From the NCBI GenBank assembly GCA_965208575.1, contig CBDBOV010000004.1, positions 608,001-672,000 of the forward strand: a stretch of DNA of 64,000 nucleotides, in the 5' to 3' direction. Within the stretch, counting starts at the first letter, position 1; every line of letters starts with the position of its first letter. This stretch comes from Spirochaetia bacterium. GTDB lineage: Bacteria > Spirochaetota > Spirochaetia > SZUA-6 > Bin103. The position numbers and the translations under genes were made by a program. Below the pieces are notes generated by a model that saw only the letters and a program-made list of their open reading frames with translations, did not search any database and was not told the origin of the DNA. Shown here in pieces: positions 9,623 to 19,612 of the stretch.

Positions 9623-9667
9623 CTCGACCAGGACCTCAAGCACGAGCTGACTGGAACGCGGGACTAG
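9623..9667 (+). pseudogene. Orphan 3' tail of another family-5 SBP gene
   Basis: Encodes LDQDLKHELTGTRD*, compared with IDQDLKRELGF* of the gene just upstream and LDRDLKAEMGF* of the 17804 SBP. Confidence 0.7.
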
Positions 9668-9871
9668 GACTGTCTCGCGTATCACCAGGATAACACAACT
9701 CTGGCGGGGTGTGGTGAAATACACAGCCACACCCCGCTATGACATTCTGCGCGTCGCGCCAAGGTCGCCGAGCAACCGGCGGCGTGAGCACGAAGCCTCA
9801 ATCCTGTCGTTGTAACTGTTTCTATAAGTAATACATCCCTGCCTATGCTTTTCTTACCGCTTTTCTTGCCT

Positions 9872-10927
9872 TTAATCCCGTCATGTGCCAAAACTCAGCC
9901 GGATGGTATCTCCGGTGCGGAGATTCTATCGGAAAGGGTTACCATTATAGATTCTCGCCCGGGATCGTGATTTCAGAGCTAACTGCGCGGCCGCATACTA
10001 ATTGCGATCTCTCGTTCCTGCTCCATTTGGCAAAGATGGCGACTATTCCGTCCACATTTGTTTGCGTAGCGGAACTTACCTGAAGCCGGTAACAGAATGC
10101 GCAAAAAGCACTAACGCGTTTTTAACGGCATTCCAGGTTGACGGTGGTCGTAAAGGAAAGGAGTCAGTCATCTGTTCCCGAGAGGCAATCCGACTTATCG
10201 GTACGATTATCTGTCCGTCACGTAAGGAGGTGTAGCGTCAAGCCGCGTCGCGGTAGTAGTAGTTGAGGAAGCCGCCCGAGCGAGACCTTGTTTTGATATT
10301 GCCTTTGTTTCTTCCTACATTGTCGTCTGCATGAATGATGTGGCTACCCAATCCCTGGTGGTTTCGCTCTGTGTGGTAGTACTCCATATATTCTTTGATG
10401 GCGAGGCGAAGAGGATGAACAGTGGATCTCTGTCCATGATGAGATATCGGACATCTCGAAGAAACCCGTCGAAAGGATCAGTCAGATTGCGGCCCATTTG
10501 CTTCATCCAGGCTTCAGAAGGCTGATCCGTGATGCCGACGATCTGCACCTCTCGCGTTTCAAGGTGTATCGAAAACAGGACGTAGTAGCTGACATTTGCG
10601 GGAATTATTCAGCCTACGCCTCTGCTTATGAGTGAATCGGAGCCGATGGCCTTTGCAGAGCTCCTGGTATACCCGGATCTCTTCAATGAGATAGTCAATA
10701 ATCTTCTGCTGATCTCTGTTGATCCAGCCGGCTGCGAGTAGGATGAAGAATCGTAAATAGTCTGACATAGCGGGGAAGATATCACATTTTCGAAGATTTA
10801 GTTCGTGAATGCGTGCCTTGAACATCGGAATCGGATCTATGACAACTGAGCCGGATTGGACAGCTAAATGCTTTCGCTGACGAAACATACGAAAATCCGG
10901 CTGAGTTTTGGCACAGGACGGGGTTAA
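9872..10927 (-). mobile_element. Internally deleted integrase-core (rve, IS481-like) element with intact terminal inverted repeats
   Basis: 33-bp IRs with 2 mismatches: TTAATCCCGTCATGTGCCAAAACTCAGCCGGAT and ATCCGGCTGAGTTTTGGCACAGGACGGGGTTAA. The interior is visibly more AT-rich than the flanks. Confidence 0.85.
10238..10768 (-). pseudogene. Fragmented integrase-core/transposase gene
   Basis: Fragments GWINRDQQKIIDYLIEE...LRFTHKQRRRL, GITDQPSEAWMKQMGRNLTDPFDGFL...LIMDRDPLF and SGGFLNYYYRDAA*. Confidence 0.85.
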
Positions 10928-11007
10928 CAAACAACGGAATACACCTTAACCTACCCCCCGGGCTGTCCCACAAACCGGGACCACCTCACTTCTAGGAGGA
11001 TTGCCAA

Positions 11008-12519
11008 GTGTCAGAACGAACGATCGCCGGCTACTGCTGGCCGCAGAGCGTCGAAGCCGGGGAGACGGTCTCCGTGTTTTGCCACACGGAAGCGGTGCGC
11101 TTCGAAGTCTCTGTGGTTCGGCAAGGACTGGAGGACACCGAGGTGTACCGAAAGGCCGGCCTTGCGGGCAAAGAGCAAGTGCTCGGCGCCGAACTATCTG
11201 TGACAGGCTGCGACTGGAAGCCGGCACTCGAGATCGGGGTGGATCCCAGCTGGCCGTCCGGGTTCTACCTGGTCCGGCTGCGCGCGGCGGAGGGAGAGAC
11301 CGCGGAGGCTTTCTTCGTCGTCCGCTCGCAGCAGCGCCACGATGCGATGCTGGTTCTGTCGACCTCGACCTGGGCCGCCTACAACAACTGGGGCGGCCCA
11401 AGTTTCTATACTATGAGCTATGAAGGTGGGGTAATGCCCTCTGACGTGATGCCCGGGGGCCACGTTTCCGCGACGCAGCGACCGCTGCCGAAGGGCTTTC
11501 TCGCCAGGCCCGAGCCCCAGAGGTACCGCGCAGCTGGTGAGCAAGATCTTGCGGCCGGCGAGCTCGAGGCGTTCAAGCAAGCCGGTCATTCGCTGTGGTC
11601 CTTCGCTGCCGGCTGGGCGGGGTGGGAGCATCCCTTCGTTCGCTGGGCGGAGCGGGAGGGTCTCACGCTGGACTACGCCGTCAGCCACGATCTGGACCGC
11701 GATCAGGACTTGCTCAGCGGCTACTCCCTCTACCTGTCGGTCGGGCACGACGAGTACTGGTCGGGGGGGATGCGCGACACGGTGGAGGGTTACGTCGACT
11801 CGGGCGGGAACGCTGCCTTCTTCTCCGGCAACACATCCTTCTGGCAGGTTCGATTCCAGCGAGGATACGAGCAGGTCGTGGGGTACAAGCTGGCGTTCGA
11901 GGACGATCCGGTGTACGGAACCGAACGGGGCCAGAGCCTCTCCACCATGTGGTCGGACCCGCTGGTCGCGCGACCGGAGAACCACATGACCGGCGTCTCG
12001 TTTACCCGAGGCGGCTATGCCCACATGCGTAATGCGCCGCATGGCTCAGGCGGCTACACCGTGTGGAGGCCCGCCGACTGGACCTTCGAGGGACTCGGTT
12101 TGTTTTGCGGCGATCTCCTCGGCTCCGATCCGGTGGTCGTAGGCTACGAGTGCGACGGTTGCGATCTCACCCTGCGAGACGGCCTGCCGGTGGCAACGGG
12201 TCGCGACGGAACCCCCGAGGACTTCGTCGTCCTTGCCACAGCTCCAGCCCACCTATGGGAAACGCACGAGGGGGCGGCGGCGGGCCTGCCGGACAGCTAC
12301 GTCGGCGAGCTGAACTGGGTGGCGAAACGGTTGGGCGGCGCGGACACGCCCGAAAACCGCGAGAAGTATGCAAGCGGGCGCGCTGTGATGGGGCGTTTCC
12401 GGCGGGGCCGTGGTGAGGTCTTCACGACGGGCTGCACCGACTGGGTGCACGGGCTCGGCGATCCGGTGGTCGCTCAGGTGACCCGGAACGTGCTCGATCG
12501 CTTCCTAAAAACGAGATAG
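11008..12519 (+). CDS. N,N-dimethylformamidase large/beta-subunit-like protein (DUF6605 family)
   Basis: WPSGFY, TWAAYNNWGGPSFY, VGHDEYWS, FFSGNTSFWQVR and GYECDG motifs; AGGAGG RBS. Confidence 0.85.
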   Translation: MSERTIAGYCWPQSVEAGETVSVFCHTEAVRFEVSVVRQGLEDTEVYRKAGLAGKEQVLGAELSVTGCDWKPALEIGVDPSWPSGFYLVRLRAAEGETAEAFFVVRSQQRHDAMLVLSTSTWAAYNNWGGPSFYTMSYEGGVMPSDVMPGGHVSATQRPLPKGFLARPEPQRYRAAGEQDLAAGELEAFKQAGHSLWSFAAGWAGWEHPFVRWAEREGLTLDYAVSHDLDRDQDLLSGYSLYLSVGHDEYWSGGMRDTVEGYVDSGGNAAFFSGNTSFWQVRFQRGYEQVVGYKLAFEDDPVYGTERGQSLSTMWSDPLVARPENHMTGVSFTRGGYAHMRNAPHGSGGYTVWRPADWTFEGLGLFCGDLLGSDPVVVGYECDGCDLTLRDGLPVATGRDGTPEDFVVLATAPAHLWETHEGAAAGLPDSYVGELNWVAKRLGGADTPENREKYASGRAVMGRFRRGRGEVFTTGCTDWVHGLGDPVVAQVTRNVLDRFLKTR

Positions 12520-12526
12520 CTCGGCG

Positions 12527-13157
12527 TCAAAAGAGCTCGTCAGCTTCCAGCACCAGCTCACCGGCGCAGATGGTCGCGTCGTAGCCGACGGTGCGCTGCA
12601 TGAACCGCTTGGCCTTCTCGGGCAGGTCGTAGACCATGCGCGGCGCCGGGAAGTCCAGTCGCTCCAGATCGATGACGTTGACGTCTGCGCGCAGACCGGG
12701 CTGCAACGCCCCGCGGTCGTCGAGCCCATACACCTCGGCCGGGCCGCGCGTCTGCTTGTAGACGATCGTCTCCAGCGGCACTCGCTTGCCTCGCGTGCGA
12801 TCACGCCCCCAGTACGCCAGGTTCCAGCTCGGCATGTGCGCATCGCTGATGGCGCCGACGTGGGCGCCGGCGTCGCTGAGGCCGTTGCGGGTGATCGGAT
12901 GGTTCATCATGTCGACGACGTAGTCGAGATTGCCCTGCGAATACCCCTCCAGATAGTGGAGCAGCGTCGTCTGGCCATCGCCACCGGTCAGCAGGTCGTA
13001 GTACGCCTCCTCGCCGGAAATGCCCTTGGCGCGCGCGTAGGCGCCTGCTGGCCAGAATCTTCGCCCGCACCTCGGGGTCGCGCATCTTGCGCAGCCGCTC
13101 GTCCAAGGTGCGTTTGAAGGTTCCGTCGGCCCGGGAGGCGTAGAGGTCTTCGATCAT
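12527..13157 (-). pseudogene. C-terminal remnant of an N-acyl-D-amino-acid deacylase-like amidohydrolase
   Basis: GLSDAGAHVGAISDA, DRGALQPGLRADVNVID and YDLP...GYDATI. The upstream part is frameshifted or deleted. Confidence 0.8.
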
Positions 13158-13432
13158 GTCCGCAGCGAGGACGCTGAGAACCGAGTAGCCAGCAAGACAG
13201 GCGGCATGGGCGATGGGCTTACTGATGGTGGAACAGCTCTAACGAACTTGCGGGAAGCAGTCAAGCTAACGAGCTGAGCTAGCGCCGCTAGCGCCCTAGC
13301 GCTGCTAGCGCCTGCTGGAATTTTCGCTCGAATTGGGTCGGATAGGTAGGATGAGGAGGCTGAGGCCGACCAAAAATGGCCTCGTAGCGCGCTGAGCCGG
13401 GCTTGAGTATCGAGGGCGCGGGGCTGTAAGAG

Positions 13433-14640
13433 CTACGCGAGAGCCTGGAACGCCTTCGCGGTTGCCGTCAGCGCCTGCTCGATGTCGGCTTCGGTGTGCG
13501 CGATCGACAGGAACATGTTGTGCCACGGGTGCAGGTAGACGCCGTTCTGCAGGGCGTGGGTGCAGAACGCCATGCCCTTCTCCATCTTCGGGTCGTCCTC
13601 GAACATGACGGTGGGGATCTGCGGGGGGCCGCTCTGGCGGATCGCGTGGCCGTAACGGGTGGATTGCTCCGCGAGGCCGTCACGGAACAGTTGACCCATG
13701 CGCGCGGTCAGGGCCGGAGCGTCGACCTCGGCGAGAAGATCGAGCGTCTCGATGGCCGCCGCCAGCGGCGCCGCTGGTACCAGAGCGATCCGGTCACGAA
13801 GATGGACTCGGCCGCTTCGCGGTAGGGCTCGCTGCCGAGGATGGCCGACAGCGGTTCGCCGTTGGCGATCGCCTTGCCCCAGGCCGACAGGTCGGGCTGG
13901 ATTCCCAGCAACGACCAACTCGCATCCAGGGACAGACGCAGTCCGGCGCGGACATCATCCAGGATGAGCGCGGCACCCTCGGCGTCGCAGATCGCGCGCG
14001 CCTTCCGGGCGAAGGCCGGGTCGGGCAGCTCCTGGTGGTAGCCGGCGTCGTGCTTGAAGGCCGAGACCACGATGCCCGCGAGGTCTCCCGAGGCCGCCTT
14101 GGCTGCTGCGGTCAGGCTGTCGATGTCGTTGTAGGTGTAGCGTGGAAAGAGCTCGTGCTCCTCTGCCGGCGTTCCGTGCGACATCCGATTCGCCCACGGC
14201 TGTGCGCAGTGGTAGGCGCCGCGCGCGACCAAGATGTTCCGCTTCTCGCTCTTCGCGCGGGCCACCATGTTGCACACGGTGGTGGCGTCGTTGCCGTTCT
14301 TGGCGAAGATCGCCCAATCGGCGTGGCTCACCTGGTCCACGAAGCGCTCAGCCAGGTCGACCATGACCGGCGGCGGGCCGTTGGCGATGTCCAGCAGATC
14401 CCGCTGCGCGTCGGCAGCAGCGGCGATCCGCCGGTTGCCGTACCCGGCGATCATCGGGCCAAAGGCGCACATGAAGTCGATATACTCGTTGCCGTCCACG
14501 TCCCAGAGGCGGCAGCCATCGGCCCGGTGATAGTACTGGGGATAACCCGGCGGCATCTTCCGATAGACTGACATGTGGCCGTACATGCCACCGGGGATCA
14601 CGCGCTTGGCGCGTTCTCGGAGCGCTGCGTCAGTGTTCAT
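13433..14640 (-). pseudogene. Class III aminotransferase (glutamate-1-semialdehyde aminomutase-like) with a single frameshift near 13775
   Basis: IPGGMYGH, WDVDGNEYIDF, KNGNDAT, ILDDVRAG and WGKAIANG. The C-terminus continues in another frame after ...TACCAG|CGGCGCCG. Confidence 0.85.
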
Positions 14641-14662
14641 GTTCCAGACCCCGCCTTGCTGG

Positions 14663-15747
14663 CGCTTTACGACTCGACGTACGTGGACGGAGTTGCGCAC
14701 AGCATCCCACGCCAAATGAAGACCGAGCTTGCGGCGCGATACGGGGCGCTGGGTTTCATCGGCTGGCACCACAGCCCCGGACAGCACCTGCCCGCGGGAA
14801 CGTGCGCGTTCGGGCGCGTCGGCGGCGTACCGGTGGCATCGATCACCTACGAAGACGGCGCATGGCTTCAGCGTGTCGCACGGCGCAGGGGGTCGCTGCG
14901 GTTTCGCCTGCTGCTGGACAGCCGGATCGAACGCAAGGACTCCTGGAACGTCGTCGGAGAAGTGACCGCCCGGGGCGAAGGAGCGGAAGCGACCGGCAAC
15001 GAGCACCTCGTCATCGGCGCGCACTACGACTGTCATCACGTTGCTTCGGGCGCCATCGACAATGCGGCGGGGGTGGCCACCGTGCTCGAGGCCGCGCGGG
15101 GGCTGAGCACGTTCGCATCGCATCTTCGACGCGACGTCAAGATCGTCCTGTTCGGCGTGGAGGAGCCCGGTCTCGTCGGCTCCATGGCCTATGTGCATCG
15201 CCACGAGCGGGAGCTGGGCGACCTCGTGCTGATGATCAACAACGACTGTCTCGGAGGTCGACCGTCCGGCATCGAAATACAGGGTCGCGACGAACTCCGC
15301 GGAACCATGGAGCAGGTCGCGGAGAGCGTCCGGATCGGTGGCGAACCTCCGCCTCCTTTCCGCGTCACGACCGCCCATCCCGGCTGGTGGGGCCTGGACA
15401 GCACACCGTTCGGATTCAAGGGCGTCCCGACGGTCCACCTGACGTCGACCGAGGCGAAGACCGGGGACTTCGCTTCCTATCACCTCGACACCGATCACAT
15501 CGACAAGGTGTGCATCCCGGGCCTCACGGAGGCGGCGGTGGTCAACGCGCGGATCGCCCTCCACGTCGCCAACCTGACCGAGCGCCCGGCGGCTCGCATC
15601 GACCGATCGCACGTAGAAGAGATCCTTCACCGATACGACCGGGAGCCGCCGTTCTACACGATCATCTCGTTGCGCGAATCCCTCGAACTGCTGGATCTCT
15701 GGCCGATCGATCATGCGATCGAACGCTACTTTTCCCGCGAAGACTGA
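14663..15747 (+). pseudogene. 5'-truncated second copy of the M28 peptidase gene
   Basis: Almost identical to 4414..5498 but lacks the first ~134 codons. EEAG is changed to EEPG. Confidence 0.9.
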
Positions 15748-16751
15748 CCGGACGACGGCCGCCGGCCCCCGTAGCGACCGGCGGCGCCGCGCAGACGCGG
15801 GTCCAGCAGGTCCCGCACCGCGTCGCCGAACAGGTTGAGGGCGTAGACCGTCACCGTCAGGCACAGGCCCGGCCACAGCGCCAGCCGCGGCGCAATCTCC
15901 ATGTACTGGCGACCCTCGCGGCTCAGCATGCCGCCCCAGCTTGGAACGGTCACCGGCAGGCCGAAGCCCAGGAAGCTCAGCGACGCCTCGGCAATGATCA
16001 CGCCGCCGACGTTGATGCTGAACACGACGATCAGCGGCGCGGCGATGTTGGGCAGCACGTGACGGACGAGCGTGCGCAGCGTGCGGGCACCGATCGCCTC
16101 CGCGGCCTGGAAGTAGGCGTTCTCCTTGACCCCGATCACCGCGCCGCGCACCACCCGTGACGCGGGAATGCCGCCGGTCACCCCGAGCACGACGATGATC
16201 TGCGCCACGCCGCGCCCGGTGATCGACATGATCGTCAGCAGCAACAGCAGCCCCGGAAACGACATCCACGCGTCCACGAACCGTTGCGCGTAGATGTCCA
16301 GCCGCCCGCCGATGAAGCCGGTGGTGCCGCCGATCAGCAACGCGACGATGACATTCAACGACGTTGCCGCGAGCCCGACCGTAATCGACAGGCGCGCGCC
16401 GATGATGAGGCGGCTCAGGAAGTCGCGGCCGACGTGGTCGGTGCCCAGCAGGTGCGCGGCGGACGGGCCCTGCATCCGGTCCTGCACGCGGCCGCGGTCG
16501 AATTCGTAGGGCGCGAGCTGCGCGGCGAAGATGGTGATGAACACCAGTGCCACGACGATGAGGCCGCCAATGGCTCCCAGCGGCTGTTCCTTCAGCAGCC
16601 GCGAGAGGAAGCTGGCCGCCGGTCGCCGGCGCGCCGGTGCAGGAGCGCCCGCCGCCGAGGGTCCGGCACCCGCGCCGCCGCTTGAGCCGCCACCACCGCG
16701 TGCGCCTGTGCGGCCGGCGCCGGCCGCGGCCCCCGGCGCCGGCTCACTCAT
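15726..16751 (-). CDS. Peptide/nickel ABC permease (DppC/OppC-like)
   Basis: HLLGTDHVGRD, HVLPN, LSFLGFG, PSWGGML and NLFGDAVRDLLDPR. Confidence 0.93.
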   Translation of the reverse strand: MSEPAPGAAAGAGRTGARGGGGSSGGAGAGPSAAGAPAPARRRPAASFLSRLLKEQPLGAIGGLIVVALVFITIFAAQLAPYEFDRGRVQDRMQGPSAAHLLGTDHVGRDFLSRLIIGARLSITVGLAATSLNVIVALLIGGTTGFIGGRLDIYAQRFVDAWMSFPGLLLLLTIMSITGRGVAQIIVVLGVTGGIPASRVVRGAVIGVKENAYFQAAEAIGARTLRTLVRHVLPNIAAPLIVVFSINVGGVIIAEASLSFLGFGLPVTVPSWGGMLSREGRQYMEIAPRLALWPGLCLTVTVYALNLFGDAVRDLLDPRLRGAAGRYGGRRPSSGQSSREK

Positions 16752-17715
16752 AGCGCACCCGCGGATCCAGCAGGGCGTAGGTCAGGTCGGTGCCGAGGTT
16801 GATCACCACCACCACCGAGGCAAATAACAGGTTCACGCCGGAGACCACCGGGTAGTCGCGCGCGTTGAGGGCAGACAGCATCAGACTGCCGAGCCCCGGG
16901 AGATTGAAGATGTTCTCGATGATGACCGAGCCGCCGGCGATGATGGGCAACTGCAGCGCCACCAGGGTCACCACCGGGATGAGGGCGTTCTTGACCGCGT
17001 GGCGCAGCACCACGGTCCTCTCCGCCAGGCCCTTGGCCCAGGAGGTCCTCACGTAGTCCTGGCGCAGCACCTCCAGCATCATCGTGCGCGTCATGCGCAT
17101 GGTGCTCGCTGCCAGGTAGGTCCCCAGAATCACGGCGGGAATGATCAACATGCCGAGATTGGCCCATGGGTCTTCGGTGAAGCGGACGTGCGTCAGCGGC
17201 GGCGTCCAGCCCCACCAGATTGCGGGGTAGATCATCACCATCAGTCCCAGCCAGAAGTTGGGGGTCGCCAGGCCGAAGATGGCGACCGCCCGGCCGGCGT
17301 AGTCGGCCACCGTGTACTGGCGAATCGCCGAGTAGATGCCGATCGGCACGGCGATGATGACCCCGGTGAGGATCGCCAGCAGCCCCAGCTCGACCGTTAC
17401 CCCGACCCTGCCGGCGAGTTTCTGTTCCACCGTTGCGCTGCCCAACGAGCCGCTGTACAGCGAGCGGCCGAGGGTGCCACGCAGGACGATGTCACCGATC
17501 CACTTCGCGTATTGCGCGTAGACGGGTTTATCGAGTCCGAGTTGTCTCTTCAGAGCCTCCTCATCGATCGTGCCGCTCTGGGTTGCGGTCATCCGGGCTG
17601 TCATCACGTCGATGATGTCGCCGGGAATGAAGCGAACCGAGAGAAACACCAGGAGGGTGACGATGAACAGGGTCGGGATCACCAGCAGTATCCGCCTGAT
17701 CACATACGCCCGCAC
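16744..17715 (-). CDS. Peptide/nickel ABC permease (DppB/OppB-like)
   Basis: YVIRR, PGD, PNFWLG, MLEVLRQDYVRT, HAVKNALIP and DPRVRY. Confidence 0.93.
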   Translation of the reverse strand: MRAYVIRRILLVIPTLFIVTLLVFLSVRFIPGDIIDVMTARMTATQSGTIDEEALKRQLGLDKPVYAQYAKWIGDIVLRGTLGRSLYSGSLGSATVEQKLAGRVGVTVELGLLAILTGVIIAVPIGIYSAIRQYTVADYAGRAVAIFGLATPNFWLGLMVMIYPAIWWGWTPPLTHVRFTEDPWANLGMLIIPAVILGTYLAASTMRMTRTMMLEVLRQDYVRTSWAKGLAERTVVLRHAVKNALIPVVTLVALQLPIIAGGSVIIENIFNLPGLGSLMLSALNARDYPVVSGVNLLFASVVVVINLGTDLTYALLDPRVRYE

Positions 17716-17736
17716 CTCGGCTCACCTCCTTGGATG

Positions 17737-17766
17737 AAAGGGGTGGCAGGTTGCGCCCGCCACCCC
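17737..17766 (-). terminator. Intra-operon stem-loop downstream of the SBP gene
   Basis: On the minus strand GGGGTGGCGGGC-GCAA-CCTGCCACCCC followed by TTT. Confidence 0.6.
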
Positions 17767-17803
17767 GTGTTCGCCCTTAAAACGCTGACGTTGGAAGCGA
17801 GCG

Positions 17804-19612
17804 TCAGAACCCCATTTCTGCCTTCAGGTCCCGGTCGAGCCAGAGCCGGGCAAGAACCTCGTGATAGTTTTCTGGGTGCACGAACGTCTCGCCGTTCCAG
17901 CCCTTGACCCACGGATGCGCCACCTGGAATCCGGGCGCCTTGCCGGTCCACACCTGAAAATGCTGCGAAACGAGGTATTGGTCGAACTCGTTGGCGATTC
18001 GTGTCAGCTCCGCCTCGCTGGTCGCTGTTTGGAACTCGTTATAGAGTCGAATCAGCGTGGCGTTGGGAGTCCCACCGAACCACTCGTTCCAACCGTGCGG
18101 CTCGGTGTCCGCCCCAAGAGAACGGGCGAAGCCTATGATGTGTTCAGGGGCTGCATCGAAGCCCAAATCGCCGGTGGACATCTCGTAGAGTGCGTCCACT
18201 TTACGACTCCACCAGGTGCTGCTGTCGTAGACGTCGATCTCCACCTCCACGCCGATCTCTTTGAAGTAGCCGGCCGCGATCTCGGCGAGGCCCAGGTCGA
18301 TGACGTCGCGGTGGTCGTGGGTGGCCCTGAAGCGGACGCCGTCCGCGCCGCGTGGGTAGCCGGCCTCGTCGAGCAATTGCTCCGCCTTCTCCGGGTCGTA
18401 GCGGTATTGGTCCTGGAGCTCCTTTGGCCACTCGTCGAATGGAAGAAAATAGGGTCCGGTCGCGTTGCCGAAGATGCCCTGGGGCTTCCACAGCGCGTAC
18501 CCGCCATAGTAGCTCTCGTTAACCGCCTCGCGGTCGATCGCCATCTGCATTGCCTGGCGGACGCGGATGTCGTCGAACGGCGGCGTACGGGTGTTCAGGC
18601 CGATTTGCCCGAGCGCCCGGAGGAAGTAGGGGCCCACCTGGATGTCGGGGTTGGTGCGCAACACCGACTCTATCACCTCGAAGGTCTTGATGTCGACGCC
18701 GCCGCCGGCAACGTGGATCATGTCGACCTGGCCGGTGCGAAACGCGGCGAGGCGGGTCGCCTCCTCCGGCATGAACAGACCCTTCAGCTCGTCGACGTAG
18801 GGCAGCCGGTTGTCCGGGTACTTCTCGTCGAAGTCGTGGTAGTTGGGAATGCGCGTCCTGGTTATCGAGACGCCCTCGACGTAGTCAGTGAGCGTGAACG
18901 GCCCGGTGCCGACCACGTTTCGCCAGTCGCTGTAGTCACCGTGCTGCTCGATGACCTCGGGTGGCAGAATCCATGAGTTGGACTGGCCGAGGATCGCCCG
19001 GGCCAGGCCGGCGCGCGGCTCGGTCAGCTTGAATTCGACCGTGTATCGGTCAAGGGCTTCGATGGATTCCCACGGATAACCCTCAACCTCGCCGGCAACT
19101 CTGGGCTCGAAGTCGAGCAGGCCGCCAATGCGGCGGTAGGTAAAGGCGACGTCTTCGGCGGTGAGTTCGCGCCCGTTGACCGGCGGCTTGTCGTGCCAGC
19201 GGATGTCCGGTTTGATCTTGACGATCAGCGTTCGGTCGTCCGGCTGCTCCCAGCTCTCGGCCAGGTTGCCCTTGAAGCGCGAGAACGGCACATACCAACC
19301 GGTAAAGCTCACCTCGTCCCGGGGCGCACCCCAGTCTCCCTTCGCAAGCTTCTCGTTGACCGCGTAGATCTGATAGCCGGAGTAGTGTCCTGTGATATGC
19401 GGGTCGGTGGTCTCCCCGAACAGCTTGTACGGGTAGGTCAGCGTGCCGCCGTACTCGGGTGCGGTCACCTGCATCCCGGTCGTCGGGTCGGTCACCATCG
19501 GCTTGTCCGCAGCCGCGGCCGCTTCCTCGCCGGCGGGCGCCGCCCACGCGGCGGTTGCGGCCAAGACGAACCCGATCAGTGCCGCAACCCATAGTCTACA
19601 GTTTCGTATCAT
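17804..19612 (-). CDS. ABC transporter substrate-binding protein, family 5
   Basis: True start is ATG at 19612 (GGAGG RBS). Signal peptide identical to the 1..1119 SBP; LAESWEQPD, VGTGPF and DIRVRQAMQMAID. Confidence 0.93.
   Translation of the reverse strand: MIRNCRLWVAALIGFVLAATAAWAAPAGEEAAAAADKPMVTDPTTGMQVTAPEYGGTLTYPYKLFGETTDPHITGHYSGYQIYAVNEKLAKGDWGAPRDEVSFTGWYVPFSRFKGNLAESWEQPDDRTLIVKIKPDIRWHDKPPVNGRELTAEDVAFTYRRIGGLLDFEPRVAGEVEGYPWESIEALDRYTVEFKLTEPRAGLARAILGQSNSWILPPEVIEQHGDYSDWRNVVGTGPFTLTDYVEGVSITRTRIPNYHDFDEKYPDNRLPYVDELKGLFMPEEATRLAAFRTGQVDMIHVAGGGVDIKTFEVIESVLRTNPDIQVGPYFLRALGQIGLNTRTPPFDDIRVRQAMQMAIDREAVNESYYGGYALWKPQGIFGNATGPYFLPFDEWPKELQDQYRYDPEKAEQLLDEAGYPRGADGVRFRATHDHRDVIDLGLAEIAAGYFKEIGVEVEIDVYDSSTWWSRKVDALYEMSTGDLGFDAAPEHIIGFARSLGADTEPHGWNEWFGGTPNATLIRLYNEFQTATSEAELTRIANEFDQYLVSQHFQVWTGKAPGFQVAHPWVKGWNGETFVHPENYHEVLARLWLDRDLKAEMGF

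Noticed and set aside
13765-13790. Programmed frameshift in the aminotransferase
   Set aside because: No slippery sequence; a single missing G fits a mutation or sequencing error.
13708-16269. 853-aa minus-strand ORF as a novel fusion protein
   Set aside because: It is the antisense frame of the M28 copy running into the real aminotransferase start at 14640, a GC-rich shadow ORF.
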